A program made the translations under genes and the position numbers. A DNA stretch of 64,000 bases from Tubiluchus corallicola (Eukaryota; Animalia; Priapulida): assembly GCA_030141605.1 (NCBI GenBank), contig JAQGDQ010000082.1, forward strand, positions 186,001-250,000, in the 5' to 3' direction. Shown here piece after piece: positions 43,778 through 56,017 of the stretch. The number at the start of each line of letters is the position of its first letter. Position 1 is the first letter of the stretch. The notes beneath the pieces were generated by a model. It did not search any database, was not told where the DNA came from, and saw nothing but the letters and a program-made list of their open reading frames with translations.

Positions 43778-45282
43778 ATGGAGTTGTTGAACCTTTTTGG
43801 AAATTTGCAAAAGATTTCTGTGATTGTTGCTCACGTGTTTCTTATAGTTGTAATTACCGTGATGTCTGTCGCTATAGCTGAGGTTCATAGCAATGTGTAA
43901 GTATGATTCGTGTACTACATTTTTAAAATTTTATTTTTGTACAACGTTCAGCCTGAGTTGAACGATTATAGGTCACTCCTCCTCTCCTTTTATTTCTTTT
44001 CCTTTCTTTATCTTTTCTCACCTCCCTGCCCTCTTCTTCTTCTTCTTCTTCTTCTTTCCTTCTTCTGCTCCCCAGTCCCCTTCTCTTTTTTCTCTCTTGT
44101 CTCCCCTCCGTTTCATTTTTTTTAAATACTAGTAAAATGGTTGTTGGTTTGCTTTGTCAGTTACGTTTTTATTAACATTTGTATCGAAAAAGTAATCAAA
44201 GTCAAAAAAAATATAGTTTTTTGCACACTGCACATGCAACACAGACCATGCATAGATATCACGAGTTTTTGGAAATAATTCAATTTCGAATTTATATCTT
44301 ATAGCCAGAGACGTTTTAGAAACCAATATAAAGAACTAATTGTGTTATTTCAGAGCAGTGTGAAACAGAAACTATATCTGTGTTGTTTACAATATAGTAA
44401 TATACAATATACAATATATTTTCGAAAACAGCCCTAAAACTTTGGGATTTTTTCCATTTTTATGATATGTGTAGCATCTCTAATTATCATTAATTATCAT
44501 TCGACTTTTAAAACTATGCAATGAAAAGTTGATGTATTAAGATTTTCTAAGCTTTTTCCTCCTAGGAGGGTTTCTAAACTGGTTATTAAAGGTGCTAACA
44601 TTTAATTTTATGTTCATTCTATCAACTAGAAATAAGGCCTAACGAGGCTTAGATTTTTGTTCGACGTTTTTAGTCAAGAACATTCATCGTCATTTTTGTT
44701 GATGAAGATGATGGCAATGATGATCATGATCATTTGCACGGCTGTGAGACCTTGTTAAATTCTCTATAATTTTTATCGATGCGCACGTAATAGTAATACT
44801 GTCACTTTGTGTCTCTGTTATACAAAATTCTTTTCTTTGCGTTGGTGTTGCATACACGTTAGCATCCGACGTGTTTTTTTTCTTTTTTATGTTGCTTTTT
44901 GTGACCTGCCGTTTTTAATCGTTTCATTTCCAACCTTAGTTAGAAGCTGCTAATCATTTAGAAGCAGAAATCAACAATAGTGAAATTATAAAAAAGACAT
45001 GTAGTCATGTACTCTGAAGTGCTCTATTACTTCTCAGAGATTACCGTTACGAATGCGTTATCATTCGTCTTTCCAGAGAGATTACAACTGATTTATATAT
45101 CTTTTGGATTATTTTTAGATGCAACAAAGATGGCGCTCCAATGGGTAGTTGCAGGCGATACCGATGGGTGGCCAATGGCGACAACTTTCATTACATTTGC
45201 TGCAATAACTGCGTTAGCGATACTGCTGATGACTACAGGCCCGCCAAGTACGAGTGCAATGGCAAAACGTATGAAGCTGAAG
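43778..45282 (+). CDS. Uncharacterised secreted cysteine-rich protein, partial (two coding exons; continuation not found)
   Basis: Exon 43585-43896 has acceptor ttttcAG, ATG at 43778, the hydrophobic signal MELLNLFGNLQKISVIVAHVFLIVVITVMSVAIA-EVHSN and a phase-2 GTAAGT donor. It splices in phase to 45119-45282 (ttttttAG ... G|GTAAG): VCNKDGAPMGSCRRYRWVANGDNFHYICCNNCVSDTADDYRPAKYECNGKTYEAE. This exon uses many C-ending codons. Confidence 0.8.
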
Positions 45283-45719
45283 GTAAGCGGTGTGAAAATG
45301 ATCGGCACGGACAACTCTAACGAACAGACTGTGTTTAAATGTTTGCTTTTCTGACGAGTTTCATGGGAATAAGTAATAAAATACTGGGTACTAATGGTCG
45401 ACAATAATTATTAAATGGACAGGACCGTTGAATTTGAGAGCAGTAAAGAAATAAGGACGTCCAACATCTAGACACCATTACGTTATAAAAGGAAGAGCTG
45501 ACGGTGGTTGCTAACTGAGTTATTTGGGCTGATAGTTGGATATTCGCGTCGAATCGGTAACTTCTTGCGTTGACAAATTCGATTTCATTCCAAGTCACTT
45601 TATTGATTACTGACAAATTATAGGAACGATCCTTGGTTGATGCTGATCAACAGCTTCGTTACTACACTTTCGCCTATTCCTTCTCTTTCTTCTGTCTGTC
45701 AGTTAGTCTGTGTCTCTCT

Positions 45720-45725
45720 TTCTTC

Positions 45726-45778
<53 letters not shown>

Positions 45779-45800
45779 CGTGCGTGGGTGTGTGTGTGTG
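45720..45800. repeat. (CT)n-(GT)n microsatellite
   Basis: Direct reading. Confidence 0.95.
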
Positions 45801-45964
45801 TCTCCTTCTGTATTTTTGTTTCTATCTCTCTCTAATCTCTTACCCCTCTTTCTTCTCTCTTTTCCTTTCATCTTTTCCCTACAGTGTCTTTCTTTAATGT
45901 TACTATTTTCTCGATGGAATAAACCCACAGTTGCTGAATGTTGAAACAAACTTGCCTAGCATAT

Positions 45965-46135
45965 AACTGTTAAAAGAAAGGCAATATGAAAAAGTTAGAA
46001 CACAGTCTGGCTTTGAACCCCGGTCCTTTTATTTACAAGGCGAATGTCATATGAAAAAATGCCTTTGCAAACGAAAGGTTCTTGGTTTAAAACCAGGCTT
46101 GTTCGCGATTTTCTCACATTTCTTTCAACAAGTTC
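45965..46135. repeat. Palindromic element made of two divergent degenerate tRNA 3' halves
   Basis: The right arm tgcctttgcaaacgaaaggttcttggtttaaaaccaggc and the reverse complement of the left arm cgccttgtaaataaaaggaccggggttcaaagccagac both resemble tRNA-Val TCGCCTxACACGCGAAAGGTCCCCGGTTCGAAACCGGGC. Confidence 0.55.
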
Positions 46136-48192
46136 TTGATTTTAAAATTTAACAATTTTGAATTATTCAGCGTTAATAACAGTTTTCATATTAAGATTTT
46201 TTATAGTTAGTTGTTATTTTCTTTCTGCCCTCTCTCTTCCCAGTCTTCCTCTATCTCCTTCTTTGTCGCTTACATAATCACGCAGACGCTTTTTGTTTTT
46301 AACCAGTACTTCAAACACAAAGTAACTTAATCAAGTTTGATTTTTCCGCTTCATCAACTGTCTTAATCTAAAGGCTTCAGTAAATCTGGCTTCCTGTTAT
46401 TCTGAAGAGAGAACATTAGGGGTGACTATTACGTGTCGTCTTAGAGATGGTGAAAGCTACTGAAAAAGCTTTAACTCTTTCTTTTACGGAACAAAGTCAA
46501 CTGTTTCTTTGCAGCTTAAAATCGGGCATCTGGGGCTGAAATGGCAATTTTGACACAATTACAACGTGGAAGGAGCTTTGCAATACGTGACATTTTTGTT
46601 ACAAACCCTTGTGCATTCGCAGGAAACTATACTGCCTTTGTACGAGTGCTTGGGCTTGTTAAATGGAAAATTATGAACTTGGAATCGCAATTTATGTAGT
46701 AGCAATTTCGCTCAAGTTCATTTGTTATTAAATGAAGCTTCCAATTTGTACGTCATTTCTTTCTTGTTCTTGTAGTATTTCTATTTTTTCAAAGCTACCA
46801 AAAAGTGCAAAATTTGAGCAAGAACCTGTAGAAAAACATGCAAACACGGTATATATATATATGAGCACAATTATATCTGAACTTATGCATAAATTCTATA
46901 CAAAAACCGCCATTATTGACAGTTACAGTACGCTTATGTAATATTTGTGCTCTTGCGACAGAAATTGTATTAACTAAATATGCCTAAAGGTGAGAGCAAC
47001 CTGTAATCTGAGACAGTGTAATAAATAGAGTAACATGGCGGAGTGTCATATTTTCTCTTGCTAACAACGCCAAAAATTGCAAAGACAGTCAAGATAGCGG
47101 AAATCGTGATGCTACAGCAGTCAGTTTATTGTGTTTCCTATGGCCGTAAATTAAAGCTCCTTAGAGAGAGAGAGAGTATCCCGGCGATTCTCGACCAAAA
47201 TAATGTTGACGCAGCAAGATGTGACGAAAATTCGAAATTAGGCTTAGAAAGCAACTGAGTTTCTTCTGAAGGAATCCGCACGGCGGGATACACGCAAACG
47301 GACTTCGTGTTTGTCGTTAACTGCAGAACTGTACACCCGAAGCTGGCTTCGTTAAAAACTTCGTACCACACCAGAACGTAAAGAATCTATATAGGCGTGC
47401 AATGATCGTTATATTATTACAGTTGCAATTTAAGACATTGCGAATATCTTTGACTTCCTTTTCTCTTTTTCTTCGCGACAACCTGTAGCATAATACTGGT
47501 TGTACAATTTGGCCAAAACAATAGTTAACATCTAGTCTATACTAACTGTTCAAATGTAATTTATACATAATGAATTGTTCACATTACAGATCAGTAATTT
47601 CTTTGGAGAACGGCTATATAGCTTGCAACCTTCATCCCCTACGTAATGTGATCTACTGTTAACATCGTTCATTTTTGTATATAACCAAGTTTGGTGTGCA
47701 CTGTGAAACAAAAATCTTCTTATCTTATCTTGCCTTTCTTTTTTCCTTTTTCTCTTTGTCTCGCTTCTTTTTTTGATTTTCATTGTCATAATTTCTTCAA
47801 CATTTTAATTATGGATTGGCCAGATTCTTGGCTAGGCCGTAGAGATGGACTGAGCAAATCAGAAGATTTATGCCTACACACGTCATCATATATATTTCCT
47901 TGAATTTTTAGATCAAACCATAGATTAGTCCCAGTAAAGAGAACTCTGGCTATTCGTCATAATCATTATGAGGTTTTTGAATGTTGAATCAAAATGGCTG
48001 CGATTTGAACTGGAACAAAGCCAAAAATACAGTAATCAAAATCGTCGATGTATAATTTTTGTACCTATAATGTATAATAGAAAAATGTGTGCTTATCGCT
48101 GTCATCATCATCCTTAATACCGCGACATATAATCGTTATTGTTGTCATCGATACCAACATTTTCACTCAACACTACTATCATTGTCATATAT

Positions 48193-49510
48193 GAGCAAGA
48201 CTAAATGAATTCAGAACCAAATCCGCAAACATTACTGTGTTCTCACTTGACTATGCCTGGTCCAGTGTGGTTTACTCGTGCAAAAGCTGTATATTATTAC
48301 GCTAATAGTGTGCAAAAGGTGCTCGTAGCTATTATCACTTGACTTTGCCTGGCCTATCATTGTCAACACTACTATCATCATAATGTCCGTCGTCATTACT
48401 GTAGTTATCGTTATCATTAACGTCATTATGTTTTAGCTATATATCGTAATCAATTATTGCAGCCATCAGTCCATCACGCCATTTATCGTCCTCGTTGTTG
48501 TCATTACCATTGTCATCCATAATATCGTTATCGTTATTACTGTTATCGTCATCATCATCATCGTCATCATCATCATCATCATCATAATCATCATCATCAT
48601 CATCATCATCATCAACATCATCATCATCATCATTGCCATCATTATCGTCATTGTCATCATCATCTTCATTGCTATTGCCATTTTTCATAACTTTGTTTAC
48701 TATTGCTGTTATTTCCGTCGCGCATACACCGGATATTAAAGCCAATAAGCTTTCTAAACTTTGTTCATAACGTCGCCTCAATGTTATCGCACGCTGTCAT
48801 AACTGTGAAATCAAATCAGCAACGAATCGCCAAAGAAGGAAATTGGGGCTATGTTTTATTATTCAAAATGACTGGCAAAAGCTTAAGAAATATCTAGTGA
48901 AAATCTGTGAAATAAAGTAGGCACCGTAAAATAGCATCATAGCAACGTAACGTAACATGCAAACTGTCACACGTAGAGATTATTAAAGTAATTAAATTAA
49001 CAGAAGCTCGTTCACAGGAAATTAGGGTAGTTTAGTCACAGGACATCAAAGACAAAACATGACTAAAATTACTTTTGTATAGACATACAGTGCTAGATGT
49101 TTTATGCGCCATAAGCGCAAATTTAAAAGAGCTCAATGTTAGGCATCCACACTTAATTCAAATTAAGTCATAAATGCAGAGGATTGGGGTCACTGAGTCA
49201 CAAACCTTTATGGTAGACATCTGAGGCAGGGGCTCAGACAACGGTTTTGTTAAATGAAAAATTCGGTCTGTTTAAGAGGCTCGGATAGTAACCAATATGT
49301 GAAGCTAGTTGTTCAGTCACATACGAGTAAATACGTATTGACCGGTTATGGTCAACCAATAACTAGTTACGAGCACGGTGCACAATTGCACATAAGTGTG
49401 ATTATCTACAGGTTTTGTCACGAGTAGACCACACTGGGCCAGGCATAGTCAGGTGATAAACATGATAATGCTTGCGGATTAGATTTTAGAATTCATTCAG
49501 TCCTGTTTAT
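48193..49510. repeat. Pair of ~100-bp inverted repeats enclosing a (CAT)n tract
   Basis: 48193-48290 matches the reverse complement of 49408-49510 (core gactatgcctggtccagtgtggtttactcgtg). Related fragments occur at about 26450 and 26555. (CAT)n lies at about 48548-48670. Confidence 0.7.
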
Positions 49511-52102
49511 CTTCGTTTCTTTCTTTTTTCGGTGTAATTATTCTGCCTTCTTGCACACAGGCCCTATCGTAGTTGATGCTGATTTAAAAGTGCCCTTGTC
49601 GGTTGTTGTACTTTATTTTATCTCTTTTCCGTCTTGTTAACCAGAAGCCATAGCCGTTTTGCAAACAAGACGCACAAATTCGATTCGACTGCCAGCGTAA
49701 AAGCAAGCTAATGTTTAGATGTAATTAAAACTGGATATTGAAACTGTTATGACAGTCATTCAGCAAGTAGCATAAAGCTAACTAATATTGTAGAATTCTT
49801 TCATTGTTTTGCTTCATCAAAGAAATCGGTTAGAAGCTGGTTGGTTTAATTAATTTAGCCGGCGATTTTAGCGGGTTTATTTAGATGAATGGCGGAGATA
49901 AGTGTGATTTTATAGCCGCAACTATAAATTAAATGCGGCGGATGAACGACTGGGGCAGGTTTATTTCTAGCGGCACGATTTAAGAGCAGAAGGACAGCAT
50001 GGCTGGCGTGAATGAAAAATCGTACGAGCGGGTAGTAAATATGATGATGAGTAAATGAATGAATGTATGAATAGAAAAATGAAAAATAGAAAAAAGGAAG
50101 GGAAAAGGAAGAAAGAATAGAGAAACAAAAAGATAGAGGTAAGAAAAAAGAATAAAAAGGAGGAAGTATGAATTTAAAAAGATAGAAGTAAGGAAAGAAA
50201 AATAAAAAAACTAGAAAAAAGAAAGAAAGAAAAAGAAGCAAAGAAAGGAAAAGAACAAATACAGGAGAAAAGAAAGAAAGGATAAGAGTATTTATTTTAG
50301 ATTTAAATCAGTAAACGTAGTACAATTATAAACAAATAAGAAATAAAAACTAGAATAAAAACCAGCATAAAAACTGCATACAAAAGACAAAAACTGCACA
50401 AAGAATAAAGCAGAAAAAGTCGAAAGAGAAACAAAGGTTGACAGATTATGCAATTCTAGCAAACGTCCACGAAAAAGCAAGAACATAAAGGAAATAAGAA
50501 AATATAAAGAAGACAGCTTTTGCGAACAACGATACATGATTTCTTTCCTTCTGTTCAATTAACCACTTCTTAAGAAAAATGTGGAAACTAGACCTGATAT
50601 TTTCTCATTAAATGATTAACGATATCATGAGATCAGTTAATAGTAATCGCTAATTAATTTTTTCTAACGTAAAAAGTAGACAAAGATTTCGTTGATAAAG
50701 GGAAACCGTTTGGGATCAGTCACAAAGAAGTATAGAAATCCTAGTCAAGCAACTTTATTTTCTGTAATACATTATTCATGGGCGGTGAGTTCGTAATCAG
50801 GGCGGTGTGTCAACACAATTAACTTATGGATTTAAAATAAACACATAAAGCGCATCAGAAATTAAATTCCGCTTCTTCGATTTATTCCAAGCCACCAGAG
50901 CTAACGAAGCTGATATTGCTATCTTGTTTGCGCGCTTTCAGCAATGGTTTCAAGTGTTCTGGCGTAAAAAGGCAATAGACACAGACTATCTGTTTGATTA
51001 GTGCTGTTATTTTTGTTGTTGATGGTGTCGATAGTGCTGGTTGGCAGTAGCGCAAGAGCGTTGTCGTTGTTGCTGGCGCTGTCATTGCTGTTGTTAGTGG
51101 AGTCATGTTGTTTTGAATAAGAACTAGTTAGAGTGTTAAGAGTTAAACATGACTGACTACATCCGAAAAACCTTTTCTGGATGTAGACTAGCGACACAGC
51201 CAACACAAGACGCGAGTTCGAATCCAAAATTATTCCTAAAAAGCTTTAGAGAAAACATTTTACGTTCTTTCTCTATATCGCTATATTGAATGTGGTTATT
51301 TAGACAGAATGGAGGCAACGAAAATTCTATTTCGGAACTCCCAAAAATCTCAAAAATACACTGTGCTTCTATATAGAATGTCCTGAAAAGTGCTATTTTA
51401 ACGCTATTTTAGCCACCACATTCAGGCGGAAGCAGTGACCTAAATTGGCATTAGCCTAAAAGCTTCCTGGGTTATATTGGTTCTTATGTACCACATTCGG
51501 ACAAACTTTGCAGCATGTAGACGTTTATAAATAACCCACAAGCAGACACATTGACAGATCTTCATCTTTGCAGTATAGATTAGTTCCGCCTCTGATACCT
51601 TCTTTGACTCGTCATATCGCTTCTTTTCCCAACTTTACGCATTTCTGCATTTCCTTTTATTCTTTAAGGATATACGCTACACTCGAGTTCTGGATTGACA
51701 TAAATCCAGAAAGACGGTTCCAAAACAGTAATAAACACATTGGTAATTTCATCCGTGCATATATGCATTAATCAATCTAGCGCCACATTATAAGAAGCCC
51801 GCTGTGAGTGGCGTATCGAATCCCAGGGATCACAGTAAAATGTAGTTGCAAAATATTTGTTAAGAAAATTGAAACAAATTAAGAGAAGACAGTTAAGAAT
51901 AGCTAACACAAGGAAAATCAAATTAGCGTTTGTTGTTTTTGATATTAATAACAGACAGCCGATGAGAAGTACGTTTAGTGCACTTCTCCAAGCCTATATG
52001 CCAATTCATTAGAGTTAGGGTTGGAAACAGGTAATAGCTTCAAAGCGACATGTTGTGTTTTGCGATTTTCAATGTAATGCATTCAGCTGGACGAGTGAGC
52101 TA

Positions 52103-52880
52103 AAGATAAGATAAGGTAATATAAGGTAAGGTCAGGTTAGGTAAGGTCAGGAAGATCAAGCCCAGTCAGGTCAAACAGGGTAACTCCAAAAAATGAGATA
52201 AGACGAGATGAGGTAAGGCAAGATAAAACAGGGTAAGGCAAGGTAAGATAAGGTAAGGTAAGGCAAAGTAAAGTAAGGTAAGGTAATATAATGTAGGTAA
52301 AGTAATGTAAGGTAAGGTAAGGTAAGGTAAGGTAAGGTACGGCAGGTAAGATAAGATAAGACAGGACAAGACAAGACAAGACAAGACAAGACAAGACAAG
52401 ACAAGGCAAGGCAAGGCAAGGCAAGGCAAGGCAAGGCAAGGCAAGGCAAGGCAAAGCAAGGCAAGGCAAGGCAAGGCAAGGCAAGGCAAGGCAAGGCAAG
52501 GCAAGGCAAGGCAAGGCAAGGCAAGGCAAGACAAGACAAGACAAGACAAGACAAGACAAGACAAGACAAGACAAGACAAGACAAGACAAGACAAGACAAG
52601 ACAAGACAAGACAAGACAAGACAAGACAAGACAAGACAAGACAAGACAAGACAAGACACGACACGACACGACACGACACGACACGACACGACACGACACG
52701 ACACGACACGACACGACACGACACGACACGACACGACACGACACGACACGACACGACACGACACGACACGACACGACACGACAAGACAAGCAAGACAAGA
52801 CAAGACAAGACAAGATAAGGTAAAGTAAGGTAAGGTATACTAAGACAAGGTAAAAGCTAAAGTAAGCTAATGTAAGGTAA
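52103..52880. repeat. Compound pentanucleotide satellite (GTAAG/ATAAG/ACAAG/GCAAG/ACACG)
   Basis: Blocks of 5-mers that mostly differ by single substitutions; source of the spurious SCLVL and LPCLA ORFs. Confidence 0.95.
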
Positions 52881-54476
52881 GATAAAGTAAGGTGAAACTA
52901 GTTAAGTTAAAGGAATGGAAGGGAAGGAATATTCAATAAATACGAGCAGTTAAAGTATTGAAAGATTATGAAACAGCAAGAATGTAGATAATAACAAATA
53001 AGACAGACATATAAAAAGTGCAGAAAATCGCAGTGAATAAAAAATGTAAATAATAATAAATGTAAAAATGTGCGTACAGTTTATGGTAAAAAGTGCTAGA
53101 AATCGCATATAAAGTAAGTTAAAAAATGTTAAATAATTTAATGTATAAAACGTAAGGTGTGAAAAATTCAAAAAAAATCGTGCCATAGGGTCAGTGGAAA
53201 AATTGAATAATTTCATGTAAAAGAAGTGAATTGCAGGCTTATGAGTGCACGTTTTAAAATATACTAAAGTATTTATCTAAAATTTTAAGCTGATATAACT
53301 TAATCTCTAATATATATATATATATATAATGCTGTGTATTCGGCTATTTGTGTATTTCAGAAAGCGCATTTATGTAGTTCACGGCTCCTTCTATTAATAA
53401 ATTGGACATAATGGGAATTCTGACATATTTCTATCTAAAAGATACATCTTTACCAGACTGGTTTAAATTTTGCATAGCACTTGCTTGATTAGCGCTGAAC
53501 CCGGTTAATAAATGGATGGGTTGATCGGCAGAAAAACGTCTTTGGAGCAGCTTTATCTTTAGTGCTTAATTAGGCTATTAGTCTCGTTAAAGGAAAATGC
53601 ATGCACGAACTTGTCAAGACAGCCGCTACCAAATATCATCTTATTAGGGTCTCTTCTTAGAAGATTGCCCTTGATAATCAGATAAGTTTCGGTCCCACCA
53701 CAATCAATCAACATTATTAGTTAGCGAACAAATGCAAAATCTATGTGCAGTATTCTGTTGAGCTTGAGTCCATGATCTAGATTGTTATTCGTTATTTATG
53801 GAGAATCTGAAAACGAAGAAAAACAGTTGTTAAATTTTAATTATGATTCATTTGGTAGTAACGTACGTTCTTAATAAAATTGTTTTACCTGAATTCAAAA
53901 CTGTTATAAATTATTAACAGACAAAATTATTAGTAAAATTGCCAATATTTCCTGTCGTCTTTCAAGTTATTCTGTTTGCCAAAATTAATTTTTGAATTGT
54001 GAGTGGTTCTTTGCATTTCCCATAAATAATTAAAAAATAACAAAACTTCTCTGAGTTGTTTTTCTTTCCATTTAAACCAAAAACGTTGTTTCCGAGTTGA
54101 AAGTGTACTCTACCGGCAGATGTTGCATAACTACGCAAATGTAAAACAAATAGTAAAGTACAATAACGGTATTTGATGTGGAAACATTTGGCTGTAACTA
54201 TTTGATTTACGTTAATAATACACTGATAGTAAGTAGAATATCAATGTCATTTTTACAAGAAAACTACACAGAATTTCTAGAGAAATTAGACATAGAGATG
54301 CTTGGGACAAGTTAAGGTGCTGATTGGGAAAGAGTGAAGAAAGAAGTGGGCGTGTGAAGAAAAGATAAGTGATGTGGGATGCACGGGGGGGGGTAAAGAA
54401 AATTATACAAGAATAAAATACCAAGGTTGGATCAATAAAAAGCGGGAGAGAGAAAGAGAGAAAGAAAGCGGGAGAG

Positions 54477-54602
<126 letters not shown>

Positions 54603-55969
54603 AAGAAAGAGAGAAAGAAAAATAGAGAGAGGGGGGAAAGAAGCAGACGTACACACAGGCGATGTAGTATGATGCTGTCCTAACTATGACCTAACTGCTA
54701 ATTAGGAGTGCTGTTGTCTCCAATTTACAAACATGTAGAATTTGGTCTGGTAACACCAATGACGACAAGTTCAATTCCAACTCTGCCTGTTTTTTGTAGT
54801 TAAATGCCAATTACAATATTATTTTCGGTATCACTTTATTGACAGGGGACGAAAGGGTAGCCATAAATTATCAAAAAAAGCTATCAATAATTATACTGAA
54901 TAGAAATCAACCTATCCAGTTACTATACAATGAAGATTAGCAATCATTTTAGTTCAGAGCAGTCTATTTTGCCGTTATTTCTTGTCATATTGACATGCTT
55001 TTGTGTTTAACGTGTTTTGTTTTGGCTGAAAAGATTTAATTGACAAGAGAGTAGCAATCTTCAACCAAAAATGAAGTTTTTAGATTGACGTGAAATAATG
55101 AGTCCATCAGTCTTGATGTAATTACACAATTACAGAGCAAATTATTTCGTTCTGCAAAGCTGATACTTGAGCAGCTGGGTAAATCACGAACATCTAAGTT
55201 ACATCTTAGCTTAAGACAAGGCGTTCTTAAAGGATAAGAAAAGGGGTACCTAAAGTAGGTTCCAAAAATCGCCATAAAAGTTATATTACTTTACAGCAAT
55301 TTTATGCATATATCCTACTCCGTTAAAAGAAATTTTTGTTTGTTTTCATTTTAAATCTCCCGCGATACTGTTACAAAGTCGCCATTACATGACATCACTA
55401 TGCAAACGTAAATCAGAGGAAGAAAAGGCAATGTTATATTATGTCCCAAAAAACTTTCCATGCAAATCTATATTACTTAGCATTTCGCTTACCTGCTGGA
55501 AATACTTATGTAACTAGAAATAATAATTTAAAATGTTCGTGCCAATTGGTAAAATGTCGCTGTCTCACCCTCCAGGGTGCGCCACTCAGCAACCAAAAAT
55601 GTATTTTAATCTTATAGTCAAGATACAATAATTTAAAATATTACTTAGTTAGCAACATGTGTGCTACGAATGCTCTGATTATTTTTTCAAACTCACGCAA
55701 TGTTATCTAAACTTGTGTCAAAGACACACCATTAAAATGGCTGCGCCTCATTGTCATCGCAGGAGTTTAGCTGCTGACGCAAGCCCTGCATGCAAAAAGG
55801 CAGTATGTAAGGCGTATAAAATTTCAAAACGAATTTTTTAAGCTTAATGTAAGTGTAGGGTTTTCTTGTGCTTTAAGTTTGTAGTTTATAAGCCATTTAG
55901 GCCTATGTCAGCTATAGGCATACTTTGTTTTATCACGATATGGTTACAATGTGAAGCTTTGTGTACCAC

Positions 55970-56016
<47 letters not shown>
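55970..56016. repeat. (CAT)n microsatellite
   Basis: Direct reading. Confidence 0.95.

Positions 56017-56017
<1 letters not shown>

Noticed and set aside
45007-45354. ORF MALQWVVAG...TFITFAAITALAILLM resembling a signal-peptide or neuropeptide precursor
   Set aside because: It is an overlapping frame of the Cys-rich exon. The phase of the upstream signal exon selects the CNKDG...ICCNNC frame. Dual coding is not strictly excluded.
49002-49020. Partial matches to miR-993 (gaagctcgtt), also miR-315 at about 43821 and miR-219 at about 62751
   Set aside because: Only 10-13 nt match, with no complementary precursor arm seen; the miR-315-like hit lies in a coding exon.
51205-51230. tRNA B-box GAGTTCGAATCC, also gtatcgaatccc at about 51813
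   Set aside because: No cloverleaf or matching A-box; at most SINE debris, not tRNA genes.
52137-52813. Long 210-223 aa ORFs
   Set aside because: Translations of the pentamer satellite.
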